64,000 bases of DNA from Nitrosopumilaceae archaeon (GTDB lineage: Archaea > Thermoproteota > Nitrososphaeria > Nitrososphaerales > Nitrosopumilaceae): positions 2,528,001 through 2,592,000 of the forward strand of contig CBDCCK010000002.1 in NCBI GenBank assembly GCA_965214835.1, in the 5' to 3' direction. The notes under the pieces were generated by a model. It was not told the origin of the DNA, did not search any database, and was given only the letters and a program-made list of their open reading frames with translations. Position numbers and translations under genes: made by a program. Shown piece after piece: positions 29,262-40,335 of this stretch; position 1 is the stretch's first letter, and the number at the start of each line of letters is the position of its first letter.

Positions 29262-31373
29262 CTAACGCACTTGTGACTTTATGCTCTTGGCAAGCTTGGC
29301 TCCGATCCTGCCTATCCGGGCCAGCCTTGCAGTCGAGACGCCCGGTATATCGGCGCGTGTTCTGATTCCCTGCCTGTACATCTGCCTTGCCCTTACGCGG
29401 CCAACGCCTTTTAGCGAGACAAGATCAGCTAGCTCCGCCTTTACCCCGTACCTGATCCTTTTACGCAGCATGCTCAGCTCTGCTGCAAGCTCCCTTTTGC
29501 CCAAATGTCTTGAAATTTCCCCCATGCACATGATCAGCCACTCGGATGTCTCAATCATCCTGTAAAGATCCCCCGACTCTACTGCAAACCTGTCAAATAT
29601 GTCCAATTCCCGCATCTCTGAGATCCAATTGTAGAGCACGAGCAGGCTGCGTGAGATCCGCTCCGTGTCATCCGGGACGGACTGTCCTAGAATACTGTAG
29701 GCATGTGCATAATCCCCATCCCTCATGTAAAACTTGGGAAAGAACACGTCTGATCCTGTTGCCATGACAAGAAAGTCCGTCGCGTTGGATCCGGGCTCCA
29801 TTGACAGCAGTCCGTCTCGGAATCTGGCTGCCGTCGCGGGATCGATGTACAGCAGCGAGATCTTTTGACCGAACGCCGTTGCCGCAAACCTTCCTCTGTT
29901 GGATGCTACCATCCCGTCTTTTTCCAAAAGACTTAGCGAATCGACGACGATGCGCCGGATTCTGGCCTCTCCAAACTCGATGCCGCCAAGCGTCTTGGAA
30001 AAGAATCCAATAATGCCGCTTTTGGTCATTCCGGCATCCGATGCTGCTACAAGGCCTAGAACATGCATGCTCATTGTGGATCCCTTGATCTTTGACTTGA
30101 TCGGCTCGGGCTTGCCACGAACATACTTGTCACGCAAATCATTGTTGTTTTCACGGCTTACCAGTATGGCCTCGCCATGATCGTCGTATTGCGGCCTACC
30201 TGCCCGGCCGCACAACTGCTTGTACTCTGCGATACTGATTGGCTTGTTGTATCCGGCACGAACATCGTACCGGCTCGCACTGGTTATGATGACGCGTCTG
30301 GCAGGAATGTTGATGCCGGCAGCCAGTGTCGGCGTTGACGAGATGAGCTTTATTCTCCCTCTCCGGAATCCGTCCTCCACTGCCTCCCGGCAGTTCTGGT
30401 TCAAACCGGCATGATGAAACGCCGCACCCTTGCCAATCACCCTTGCCAGCGTCTTTACCATGGGGGTTTTGTCATTATTTTGAAGCAACGAGTCTGATAT
30501 CTCCCTCAGGTGTCTCCTCTCCTCTGCTGAGATCGTTTTAGATATGGCATCGGCCACCTTCTCTGCAAATGATGCCGAGCGCGCCCTTGTCATGGCAAAG
30601 GACAGGACCTGCCCGCCCTGGGAAACCGCATCGATTCCAAGATCAGCGGCCGTGCCAAGGGTAGATCGTCTTATCTTGAACTTGCTGCCGTCATTCATTG
30701 TTACGGTGGTTCTGTAACAGGTACCCTCGATCAGCGGGACCGGCCTCCAGTCATCCGATACCAGTTTGGCGCCCATCCACTTTGCAATCTTGCCTGCGTT
30801 GGATACCGTGGCGCTCAGGCCCAGCAGCTGCGGCCTTGTTTCAGGCATCCTCATCATCTTTGTAAGCACGATCTCCAGTGCTGGGCCCCTGTCGGCATCA
30901 CCTACCAGGTGTATCTCGTCTGCTATGACAAGCCCTATCTGATCAATCCATTCCGGCCTGTGTCTTGTTATGGAATCGAGTCTTTCGTTGGTCATGACCA
31001 GCAGGTTTGCCCTGGCCATGGCAGTGTTTGGGGCGCTATAGTCACCAGTCGACATGACGGTGTTGATTTTCGTTTTAGAGTCTATTCTGCCCATCCTTTT
31101 GAACTCGCGATACTTTTCTGCTGCAAGCGCTCTAAGCGGACTGAGATAGATCGCCTTGCCGTGCCTATTTCTCATCAGATAGTTCAATATGGCAATCTCG
31201 GCAATCAGGGTTTTGCCCCCTGCCGTGGGGGCAGATACCATGATGTTCTTGCCCTTAAGCAGGCCTGCCCTGATGCTCTTTTCCTGCGGGGGGTAAAGAG
31301 ACTCGTATCCGGAGGAGTTTAGGAACTCTATGGCCTTTCTTGGCAGTTTTAGATCCGATATTTTCATGATCAT
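29262..31373 (-). CDS. hel308: Ski2-like DEAD/DEAH helicase (Hel308/Hjm type)
   Basis: APTAGGKT, ADEIH, LSAT, FHHAGL, TLAAGINIPA, GRAGRP, C-terminal HhH. Confidence 0.9.
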   Translation of the reverse strand: MIMKISDLKLPRKAIEFLNSSGYESLYPPQEKSIRAGLLKGKNIMVSAPTAGGKTLIAEIAILNYLMRNRHGKAIYLSPLRALAAEKYREFKRMGRIDSKTKINTVMSTGDYSAPNTAMARANLLVMTNERLDSITRHRPEWIDQIGLVIADEIHLVGDADRGPALEIVLTKMMRMPETRPQLLGLSATVSNAGKIAKWMGAKLVSDDWRPVPLIEGTCYRTTVTMNDGSKFKIRRSTLGTAADLGIDAVSQGGQVLSFAMTRARSASFAEKVADAISKTISAEERRHLREISDSLLQNNDKTPMVKTLARVIGKGAAFHHAGLNQNCREAVEDGFRRGRIKLISSTPTLAAGINIPARRVIITSASRYDVRAGYNKPISIAEYKQLCGRAGRPQYDDHGEAILVSRENNNDLRDKYVRGKPEPIKSKIKGSTMSMHVLGLVAASDAGMTKSGIIGFFSKTLGGIEFGEARIRRIVVDSLSLLEKDGMVASNRGRFAATAFGQKISLLYIDPATAARFRDGLLSMEPGSNATDFLVMATGSDVFFPKFYMRDGDYAHAYSILGQSVPDDTERISRSLLVLYNWISEMRELDIFDRFAVESGDLYRMIETSEWLIMCMGEISRHLGKRELAAELSMLRKRIRYGVKAELADLVSLKGVGRVRARQMYRQGIRTRADIPGVSTARLARIGRIGAKLAKSIKSQVR

Positions 31374-31409
31374 TAGAGACTAGGTTACTATAATGATGTT
31401 TACGTATCC

Positions 31410-31520
31410 CAGCCAAGTGAAAAGTACCCTGAAATCGAGCAAAATCAAAAACTGGGCAAGAGGCGCAACGCCTCAGCAGCAAGGCAAAACAGCAAACCTT
31501 ACTTACACTTCACTTGGCTG
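31410..31520. repeat. MITE family F (CAGCCAAGTGAA IR)
   Basis: 12-bp perfect IR; inverted sibling at 59468-59578. Confidence 0.7.
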
Positions 31521-31860
31521 ATCCGGCAAGGAGGCGGCAGAATTAAAGTCATGATCCCCCTGGACAGGCATGAAAATTACAACTGCAGGCAAATGTACGC
31601 CTGATTGCTGCCTAGACAGGGGCCATCCTATTACATTCCGTTCAATCGTAAATTTTCAACTCGGGGAATATCCGTATTCCGGCCCTCGAAGATGCAACAG
31701 AACTCTAGGCAATAGCCTTGGCCTCGGGGATTGGCGTAATTCCACATGCTTGATATAATCTGAATATTTTTCTGAATTTCCACTCCCCTTGCATATAGTC
31801 CGTATGAAACCCGTGGTTTTTGGCAGTTCTGGTGAATCCGGCAGGCAGCACCGATCAGAT

Positions 31861-33111
31861 CTAGGGGCTGGGATCCGTGACCCTCCCCATGAACAGGATC
31901 GCGCCGCTCTCGTCGTCCTGTATGATGAAGACGAACGGGCGGTCTGCGATAAAGGGCACCGGCGGCGGTGGTGCTGAAATCATTGTGCCAACAACCGCAG
32001 TCACGGCTGCCGCCTCGGTCCCCTCCTCGTTTACATCGACAAACGCCTTTTGTACCGACTTGCTTACGAACATTTTTCGATCCGACACGTCTGCGATGCC
32101 CGAAAGATTGGCCTTGTGGGGATCAAAGACGTCTGTCACTCCAAGCCTCGTCAGGGAGTCTGCGACGTCATAGTGCGTCTCCATCCTGAACTTTGGCATC
32201 GACACCCTCACGTCCGTCTGGAGCATGTCTTTATTCCATTTCTGTATGAGATCAGCCGAGAGCGTCTCCTGCAGCGGATCCATCCCGTCCCTGTCTGCCG
32301 GCAGTATTACCAGCATGGAGAGCCGATCACCCTTGTATGGAAGCCTGAGCACCTGCACGCCGTCCTGCTGCGTATGGTCGAACATGCTCACCACGTTCAT
32401 AAAGTCCGTCCTGACGCTCTGCGTGCCGTCCTTCCAGAACTCGGACTCGCGCGTGTTCTCCTCTGGAAACTGCGTCACCCACGTTCCCTTGAAGTATATG
32501 GCGTTTGCCAGGACAAGCGCGGTCAGGTGATTTACATCCTCGGGTGCGAGTATCTTCTTTATCTTTTCGCGCGTCTTCTCATACGCCCAGCTGTTTATCC
32601 TGTCCGTGCTGCCCTGCGAGTCTTTAAAGTCAACGCGCTCGATGTCGGCAAGGTATGTGCCGCGTATGGTATTCACATACGAGTCATACGGTGCAAGCCA
32701 GTCGGCAAGCCACATCGAGTTTGCCAGCTCCAGCGTCGAGTGTGGATCGTATCTGGAAATGGAGGACATCGTATGTGCAGTAGCGTTGTGGCGCGTCTGC
32801 TCGTCTGGATCAAAGCCAAAGGCAGTCTGTATCTGCTCTGCACTGTCGCCTCCTGCCCCCTCGTACAGCATGGAAAAGACCACGTATATGCTGGCAGGCG
32901 AGAAGAAGATGTTCTTATCATTGTCTGAGACCTGCTTGTAAAAGTCTACTGCAAAGCCGTTGTTTGCAGACGCGATATCCTCTGGAATCGCAGCGGATCC
33001 TAGCTGCAAAAATGCAACTATGGAGTGCGGTACCGTCGTTTCGGCGTACAAAAAGACGGATGCCGCAATCACAACGGCGGCTGCTGCTACGGCATAGAGG
33101 CGCCTTTTCAT
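31861..33111 (-). CDS. Serpin (serine protease inhibitor), secreted or membrane-anchored
   Basis: NIFFSPASI, NAIYFKGTW, EEGTEAAAVT hinge, FIADRPFVF, LFMGRV. Confidence 0.95.
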   Translation of the reverse strand: MKRRLYAVAAAAVVIAASVFLYAETTVPHSIVAFLQLGSAAIPEDIASANNGFAVDFYKQVSDNDKNIFFSPASIYVVFSMLYEGAGGDSAEQIQTAFGFDPDEQTRHNATAHTMSSISRYDPHSTLELANSMWLADWLAPYDSYVNTIRGTYLADIERVDFKDSQGSTDRINSWAYEKTREKIKKILAPEDVNHLTALVLANAIYFKGTWVTQFPEENTRESEFWKDGTQSVRTDFMNVVSMFDHTQQDGVQVLRLPYKGDRLSMLVILPADRDGMDPLQETLSADLIQKWNKDMLQTDVRVSMPKFRMETHYDVADSLTRLGVTDVFDPHKANLSGIADVSDRKMFVSKSVQKAFVDVNEEGTEAAAVTAVVGTMISAPPPPVPFIADRPFVFIIQDDESGAILFMGRVTDPSP

Positions 33112-33368
33112 GGAACGATCACCGTGTATGGCTCGCGATCATGGTCCTGCAAGTCCGATGCGGTGACCCAGAAGACATATGTGCCCGCTGCCGTGCCGTG
33201 ATCCGTCACCGATACGGAGCCTTCCGGCATGCTGTCCAGTATGCCCGGTATGCCAGAATGCGCCGAGCTCGTATCGTCTTGGGTGGTCTGCGACATGAAG
33301 GCTGCCGGAGGAATAAAGAGAGCCATTGAGAATAATACCATGAGAAGAATCGCCGTTCTGGTATTCAC
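33108..33368 (-). CDS. Small secreted hypothetical protein coupled to the serpin
   Basis: Signal-like N-terminus; ATGA overlap with serpin start. Confidence 0.55.
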   Translation of the reverse strand: MNTRTAILLMVLFSMALFIPPAAFMSQTTQDDTSSAHSGIPGILDSMPEGSVSVTDHGTAAGTYVFWVTASDLQDHDREPYTVIVP

Positions 33369-33452
33369 AGTATACCGATGGAATCTTTAACCCATTTAAC
33401 ACTTACAAACCGTGTTGTGTTCTTAATTTCCCAAGTTTTATTTAGTTTGTAG

Positions 33453-34610
33453 CAGACTTTGTAATCGACCGTGTTCAAACTCAGCGGGGTTTTCCAGGCG
33501 CAGCTGCGTTGATCAGATCAAGCTGTTGCGTGCAGATGTGTCATGACGCGCGCAAGAATCGGCTCATGCCAAAAAGACGTACGCAATGACATAGCACAGT
33601 GATGTGCCCCGCCAAGTCAGAGAAAAAGGCAGCCCGTGCCGCCGTACGTCATATGTCAAGACGGCGATACTTTTTCTTTTTCAGTATAGTCTTGAGGTAC
33701 TCAAGGCCCGCAATTACCTGCATGAGATAGCTTGGATCCCTGGCGGTTCCGCCAAACGGCGTGGTCAGGATGGCATATCTCCTGGGCTTCCCTATGTAGT
33801 GCTCCACCCTGACGCGAACCCCACTGATCTGCCTGCGGTGCCTCTTCTGCGTCGCGGCAAGCTCCCCGTCTCCGGGCTTCTTGGGAGGCTGCCTGCGTAT
33901 GGCACCCGGAGGCATCCTTTTGATGCCATCAAAGCCCAGGTCGCTGTAAACTATAAACGCCGTTTCCCGGATCGTCTGCGTTTTCTGCGTTCCTCATTGC
34001 TCTCGTGTGTCTTCAAGTCCGGGCCGCCTCCCGCGTTCATCAGGCCCTTGTCGTTGACGCTGCCATCTACAGTCTCGCTGCAGTCCGGCGCGAGGCCGTC
34101 TAGGTTCGTGGTGACCGGCGTGTTGTACATGCGCCTCTTTTTTCTTCCCGTGTACCTGGTCTTTCTTGCAGTCTTGTCCCCGGGCCTGTCTGCCGGGGTC
34201 ATGGTTCCGTCAATCAGGATCGTCTTTGGGATCATCTCCTCTATCCTGTCTGCCGGGGTCTTGCAGATGACGTCCGCCATCTCTTCGGCAGTAGGCAGCA
34301 TCCGGCATAGTATCATGATACAGTACCAGAGGCACCAGGACATCGTAGACTGGACGTCAAATGTTGCAGCCAGACGGTGCTGCGTCGCGCCGGTCCTCAG
34401 GCTCGTGAGCTTTGCAGGCAGCGCGTGCCTGACGTGCAGCTTGCACCGGTTTCCGGCATCGCTGCTGCTCGCGTCGTCCTCCCAGAACAGGGACCTGTCC
34501 CCGTCGGCCATGACCGCCTCTGTAAAGCGCCCCAGCATGGTTCCCAGACGATACCCTTGCTAGCATGTTGATTGGTTTGGCATACATCATATGTACATTT
34601 GATCAAAACC
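33453..34610 (-). pseudogene. Degenerate IS5-family transposase related to 12453-13799
   Basis: GNRCKLHVRHAL, ILIDGT, YTGRKK, RVRVEHYIG in broken frames; decayed AGACTTTGTAATCG end. Confidence 0.8.
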
Positions 34611-34663
34611 CCTAACTTCGAATCAACCCCCAGGGACTAGATAAGGGAAGCGGAGACAGACAG

Positions 34664-35233
34664 ATGGCCATCATGAACACCATGGATATTTTTAAAAAGA
34701 CAAATAATGGAGGGAGCGCCAGATTTAGCATGAATGAAAAATTCCAGGCGTTTTTGAACGCATGCGACATCGATGTCGTAGAGAGGGGGATACTGCCCGA
34801 TGCCAGGCTGCCAGGCGACCATTCACGGCCAGACAACGTCCTCTATCGTACCGGAAAGGAAACTGAGATCAGGACGATGGACTGTACGATCACTTTTGGG
34901 CCGCACACCTGCTATGGGCACCACATGATGACGCACAACACGTACTATGTCAGCGTACACGGCAAACCGTTTGACTTTCTGGTCGCATACGGGATGTGTC
35001 ACGCCCTCAAATGCAAGAAAAACATCACCAATGGCAAGATCATAGCATATACGAACATATACGAACGTGACGGCAGCAAGTACATCAGCTTTGACGTGGT
35101 GAATAGAAGAGGCCTAAGCAGTTTCATGATATCCCTGCGTATGAACAATCCGGAGGCAGTCATGGTAAACGAGAAAAAATTCACAAAGATTGTCAAGGAT
35201 TTCATCTATTCTAACACATCCTCCTCCACATAG
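34664..35233 (+). CDS. Hypothetical protein
   Basis: 189-aa ORF, no recognised motif. Confidence 0.55.
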   Translation: MAIMNTMDIFKKTNNGGSARFSMNEKFQAFLNACDIDVVERGILPDARLPGDHSRPDNVLYRTGKETEIRTMDCTITFGPHTCYGHHMMTHNTYYVSVHGKPFDFLVAYGMCHALKCKKNITNGKIIAYTNIYERDGSKYISFDVVNRRGLSSFMISLRMNNPEAVMVNEKKFTKIVKDFIYSNTSSST

Positions 35234-35464
35234 GCCAAGTCCTGGCTTGCAGGCAACAGGTCGGGCTCGAAGCCGTCACTGATTTTAGGCACAAATTCTG
35301 TTTTGATCGATACTCATTGGTGGCAAAATTCATGCCTGGACTTCCAGTCTGACCTGTTATTTGTGGTCAGACTGCTCTAATGTAGTATGAGTTTACCCCT
35401 TCACCTACTTGGTGAATTCTTCCTGACCGCCCGATCTACAAGATAGCACTACCTAGAAAAATGC

Positions 35465-35750
35465 ATGTCATCAGGCTCGGAGGTCAGGATACTGCGCGAC
35501 GAGATAGCCCGCCTCATAGCGGAGATTGGCAAGATGAAAAGGGAATTTGCCACAAGAAACGAGGAGCTTGCCACACAGCTGGCCGAGGCCACGGCACGAA
35601 TCGCGATGCTGGAGGCAGAAAACCGGCAGCTCAGACAGCACATCAAATATTACGAAAACCCGCACACCCCCTCCTCGCAGAACTCGATTCCGACCAGGCA
35701 GAAAAAGGCTGCCGCAAAGGCATCAGGCAGCAGACCGGCGATACAGGTAG
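35465..35750 (+). pseudogene. IS66-type transposase N-terminal fragment
   Basis: Coiled coil followed by YENPHTPSSQNS. Confidence 0.6.
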
Positions 35751-35796
35751 TAATCTATATCACAAAATACCACTTGGTGGCAGGCTGTGAAACAAG

Positions 35797-36022
35797 GTGA
35801 AGATCAGCACAATAGTCGACAAGATTAGACTGGAAAAAAAAGAGTTTGTTACATCAGACGAGTTGGAGAAATACTGTAAGGCATTCAAAATCGATCACAG
35901 GGCAGCCATCCACTATCTCACAAAAATGAGGTACCTAGTGAGGATATTCAGAGGCATATTCTATGTAAGGACCCTTAAAGAGTTCAAGCTTGGGATGACC
36001 ACAAGGTATAACCACTTAACTA
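35797..36022 (+). pseudogene. AbiEi-like antitoxin N-terminus truncated by IS630
   Basis: wHTH-like FVTSDEL...YLVRIFRGIFYV; frame runs into the IS end. Confidence 0.5.
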
Positions 36023-37116
36023 TACTGATGACCATTGAAAATTTCGCCTCCCTTACAAGCTGCGCTCAAGATACTTGTAGATGTCAACCCTGATGGAACA
36101 CGTCCTAAAGTATTCCGAGACGGCCTTTTTGAGGTGATCCACCGTGTCGTAAAAGGCCGACGTGACCAGCCTGTACTTGGCATCCTTCCAGACTGCCTCT
36201 ATGGCGCTCAGCTCCGGCCTAGCTACCGGCAGGTACAGCAAGACAACGTCGGGATTTTTCTTTAGGTATCTGCGGACCTTTTTGGTCTTGTGCTGTGCTG
36301 CGTTGTCCATCACCATCAGGACCTTTCCCCACTTTTTATGCGCCTGTTTAAGATAATGCACAAAGTTTGCGCTGTTGAACTTGTCGTACGTGCGCATCAG
36401 CCTGGTTCCGTCGTCTGCAATCGTTCCATACACCACGACGCGCTCCCTTCTGCCGGATCGTTCCACCTCGATCCTGTCCCCCACGGGCGACCAGAACTTT
36501 TTGCCGTCCCTTCCCGTACTGACGAATATCGATTCGTCCTGTACGGTTATCCTAAATCCGCGCCTTTTTGCAAGCTTTATCGCAGTTTTTGCCTCTCTTT
36601 GCCACCGTCTTACCGCCTTTGCGTCGGCAGCGTCTGCCAGCCTGGTGGTTGACGTCTTTAACGAGAATCCCATCGTGCGCAGGATTCTTCTGATGCTTCC
36701 CACGCTGTATGTGACATGCAGCCTGCGGCGCGCCCAGTTGCACAGCTTCTTCGGGGTGAGCTTTTCCATCCTGCGCAGCCTCGTGGTGATCTTTTTTATC
36801 CTGCCGACCGGAACTTTTGGCTTTTTGCCCCTGTCAGGGGAGTCACGGAGGCCGTCAATGCCGTCAAGCTCGAACCTTTCAACCCACATCTGTACTGTAC
36901 GCTGTGTCACGTCGGCAATCTCCGCAGTATGTGCGGTGGTGTTGCCAAGCAGTACGGAGCGCACCGCCATGATTCTGGTGTGAGTCTTGAGATCCTTTTC
37001 GACATGCATGGCATCCGTGAGGATTTTCGTCTTGTTCATGCCGGGAGTGACATGGTGGGGAGCTATAAACCTTTACAAGATGTGTGATCAGGCGAAATTT
37101 TCAATGACCATCAGTA
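36023..37116 (-). mobile_element. IS630-family element (transposase 36053-37039)
   Basis: IRs TACTGATGnnCATTGAAAATTTCGCCT, TA flanks; QDES, MDNAAQH, PELSAIE. Confidence 0.92.
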
Positions 37117-37328
37117 TAGACGCACTTTTGCAGACCTGACGCGGCAGTCCTCCGCAGGTTGGGATTTTACGCTACTGCTGGTCGCAGGCGAGCTTGTCGT
37201 GGAGGCCAGAAGTCTTGCAGAACACGTGTTTGCCGGCCAGCCGTAGTATCTGGGCGGTCTCTGGAGGTTACATTTCCACCTACTGACTTGCAGTCTTTCC
37301 AAATGTAACCGGACTCATGGCGGTGCAG

Positions 37329-37465
37329 ATGGTTGATTCGAAATTAGCAGATTCTGATTATTTGTGAACGGGTTTGTATGAAGCAGCTCAAAACATCGAC
37401 AGAATGCAAGTTATCTGTGAAATCACTTGAAAAATTCGCACGGCTTCTGATTTTGGATCAATTCT
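37329..37465. repeat. ~135-bp MITE family E
   Basis: TGATTCGAAATTAG...CTGATTTTGGATCA; siblings at 42808-42940 and 45003-45139. Confidence 0.7.
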
Positions 37466-37532
37466 TTGGAGGCGGGCAAACTCTACTGTCGTGCAGTCGC
37501 ATATGCTTTTATAACATCGCAGGCATCATCTC

Positions 37533-37967
37533 TTGTTGGAAGAGTCCGACGTTTGTAAGTTAATGGACGATGCAGGTATTCAATACAAAAAGATTCAGGA
37601 ATGTCCGCCGTCCTACCTGTATGCCTTACTTGCAACAAAGGACACCATAATGATGCTTGGCAAGTCGGATCTGGTTGAGCTGCAGGCCACGCACCCCTTC
37701 AGTGCCGAGATAACGGAGAAATTCTTCCAGACGAATGAATCCTCCAAAAACGTGATCAGGTACGAGCTGGAGCACATGCTGGCGACTCTGGACATCAGGC
37801 ACAAGATAATAGTAAACGACAGCAAGCGGTTTTTCGGTTTTTCACTATCCATATTTTTACGGGACAACACGTCTGCCGTCGATTTTCTCAATTCTTACAA
37901 CAAAGTCAAGGAGACAAGGGAACTCCTAGGAATGCGGGCAGTCACCCTCATTCAACGTCCCGCATGA
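37533..37967 (+). CDS. Hypothetical protein
   Basis: 144-aa ORF, first of a three-gene cluster. Confidence 0.6.
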   Translation: MLEESDVCKLMDDAGIQYKKIQECPPSYLYALLATKDTIMMLGKSDLVELQATHPFSAEITEKFFQTNESSKNVIRYELEHMLATLDIRHKIIVNDSKRFFGFSLSIFLRDNTSAVDFLNSYNKVKETRELLGMRAVTLIQRPA

Positions 37968-37983
37968 TGCGAGTGCGAATGCC

Positions 37984-38565
37984 ATGACACACGTGAGTGA
38001 CTCAAGTATGACGCAACACTTTGGTAGCATGATGACTGTCAAGGACCAAGACAATATCTACAAACAGACGAAGTGGCCAGCCCATTTTGTTGCACGAATT
38101 CTTATTGCACTGCAGGACCACGCCATACCGTACGATGGCGGTGCAGGCACCTCCAAGGACGTCATACCGTACGATGGCGGTGCAGGCACCTCCAAGGACG
38201 TCATAATGAGGAATCTGGACAGGATCATCTCCGAGGCAGCTGCAAAATATGACGAGGTCGACGTAGAGGATCTAAGGGGATTCGTTTCAGATCCGGCCGT
38301 CTTGTACATTCCACGCCTGCCGGAACGCCTCTCTGCGGTATTTGATGCAATACATGCATTCATAGGCAGACTAGATCATGCCGGAAAATCCCGAATTGGC
38401 GTGTTTCATGACGGCGACTCTGAAGACAAGCTTATCACCACAAAGTGGTACGTCAGCGCATCAGTCGACCAATGCATAAAATGGACAAATGAGATGGTCT
38501 CTGCAATTATTGAGATGGATGAGGACATGCTTGACATAATTATGGTACAGGTCGTTCCCAAATGA
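37984..38565 (+). CDS. Hypothetical acidic protein with 39-bp tandem duplication
   Basis: IPYDGGAGTSKDV x2 (38124-38201); ATGA-coupled to the HEPN-like gene. Confidence 0.6.
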   Translation: MTHVSDSSMTQHFGSMMTVKDQDNIYKQTKWPAHFVARILIALQDHAIPYDGGAGTSKDVIPYDGGAGTSKDVIMRNLDRIISEAAAKYDEVDVEDLRGFVSDPAVLYIPRLPERLSAVFDAIHAFIGRLDHAGKSRIGVFHDGDSEDKLITTKWYVSASVDQCIKWTNEMVSAIIEMDEDMLDIIMVQVVPK

Positions 38566-39035
38566 GCGGTGATGGCTTTGAGCCCGGAGACTATCTGGAG
38601 ATCAGCTCGTCCATAGAAACGTCCCTCAAGGCCGACGCGGACATAAGGATGAAAAAGCACGCGGCGTGGATGCGCTGTGCGGTCAGCAGGGCATACTATT
38701 CTGCATTCCTGTCAATACGATCCAAGTTTGAAAAGGATGCGGAGCTGCGCAAGTACCTCAAAGAAAGCGGCAATCCCCACAAAGCCATTACCGATGGCCT
38801 GAGCGCGGACATGAAGACACATGCACACATCATGAACCTTCTGCGAGAAGCCCGGAACTGGTGCGACTATGATCTGCCACCCAAGTTTTCCGTCTGCACC
38901 GAGGTGGTGGAATGGGCCAATAAGCAAGCGAAGTGGCTGATTGCATGCTCCTCGGACATGGCTCGGACGTATGACGTACGAAAGGCCAGGACCGCCAACC
39001 AACGCCGTCGAATCAGCAGACAGCGGCAAGGATAA
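38562..39035 (+). CDS. HEPN-domain-like protein
   Basis: AVSRAYYSAF, H, LREARNWCDY pattern. Confidence 0.7.
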   Translation: MSGDGFEPGDYLEISSSIETSLKADADIRMKKHAAWMRCAVSRAYYSAFLSIRSKFEKDAELRKYLKESGNPHKAITDGLSADMKTHAHIMNLLREARNWCDYDLPPKFSVCTEVVEWANKQAKWLIACSSDMARTYDVRKARTANQRRRISRQRQG

Positions 39036-39166
39036 AGCGTCCTAGAAATGATTGGAGATTAGCAGATTTTGACCCGCACGGGAACGAATCCGTACCTGAC
39101 GGATCCAAGTTAACGTCTCCTCATCTAGAGGCGGTCATCGCCTAATTCCATTTATCTGGTTCAACC

Positions 39167-39296
39167 TGGGTTGTTTCCTAATTCGCCAGAATTCCTGAAA
39201 ACCGTTGAGATGCCATATGGATCAGGCGTGCAAAAGGGCGGAAATTCAGAAAAATGTGCGGGTAGGGCCAGATAAATGGAATTAGGCGACAACCCC
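39167..39296. mobile_element. MITE family D, uninterrupted copy
   Basis: Matches the two halves of 12219-14069; an extra partial end lies at 39131-39160. Confidence 0.8.
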
Positions 39297-40240
39297 GCTG
39301 GCACGTACAAAAGGCCGGCCGGGGGTTTTTTCCTGACGCCGACGCGCCTTTTTTTTATGAAGTTCGACGGGAAGAAATTCGAGATGAGAGTGAATCACAA
39401 GGACGACGTAATGACCGGCATGCTGTATGAGCGACGCCGGTTTTTGGACGATGGCCGGATAATCATCGCCAGGATCAGGAAAAACCTGTAGTCTTGAGGC
39501 CGCCTGACACGGGGCTGTATCTGTGCGTGGACTAATCCATGCAGTGCCTTCCCTTGAGGATAATGTGCCCCTGTGTGTTTACCAAAAGTGGCGTAAAAGA
39601 TGCCTGGTTTTTTCGATCTGTGCTGACTACGCGAGAGGCCTAGCGCAAGACGATCCGATGTGATCCATGTCAAGGTCTTCGGCTGTGGTGCGGCCCCCTG
39701 ATAGACTAGTAGACGTATGGGATCCCGTCCACCCGCCATCCTGGGATTCCACTTGGGCACAAAATTCCAACCCAAAGAAGATCTGGGTTTCATGTCCCGA
39801 AGATTGCACAGAACCATTGGGCGGGGAACTGGGACATTAACGGGTGTTTCTTCTCCTTGGGACACGCCGGGTGCCGGAAATCTCCAATCTTGTAAGACTT
39901 AAAAACGGAGCATTTGTACGGTAGGCATCGGCACGGCATGGCCTTACTGGCCAATCAGGTGTTGGAGGTTTTACCTCAACACTTTTCATTTTAGGTTTAT
40001 CGCTCAACCCGACACGTCGGCTATATACGACGCCAAAAAAGTCATTCTGTGAAAATATGTGACTTTGTAGTGTCTGTGACGCGCATAGGCGACGTGGAAC
40101 CTAACTCTGTCGGCATAGTCAAGGAGATTCACGGCGCGTCGGCAAAGGTCTATTGTAAAAAAATAGACGGTGCAAAATGGCACCGATCCGGTTTCTCACC
40201 CGATATATTTTATATGTGACGTCCATTAATAAGTATTCGT

Positions 40241-40315
40241 GGGCCGGTGGTGTAATCGGGTAGCACAGTCCGGTTTCTCACCCGACTGGTACGGGTTCGA
40301 ATCCCGTCCGGTCCA
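40241..40315 (+). tRNA. tRNA-like gene with non-canonical anticodon arm (possibly Glu-CTC derived)
   Basis: Acceptor GGGCCGG/CCGGTCC, D arm GTGT/GCAC, T arm ACGGG-TTCGAAT-CCCGT; anticodon arm 2 nt too long; TATA-like TTTATAT ~30 nt upstream. Confidence 0.7.
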
Positions 40316-40335
40316 GCCCACACTTTTGATCAATC

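Noticed and set aside
39650-40180. Possible ncRNA or small genes upstream of the tRNA-like gene
   Set aside because: No convincing structure or coding signal by eye
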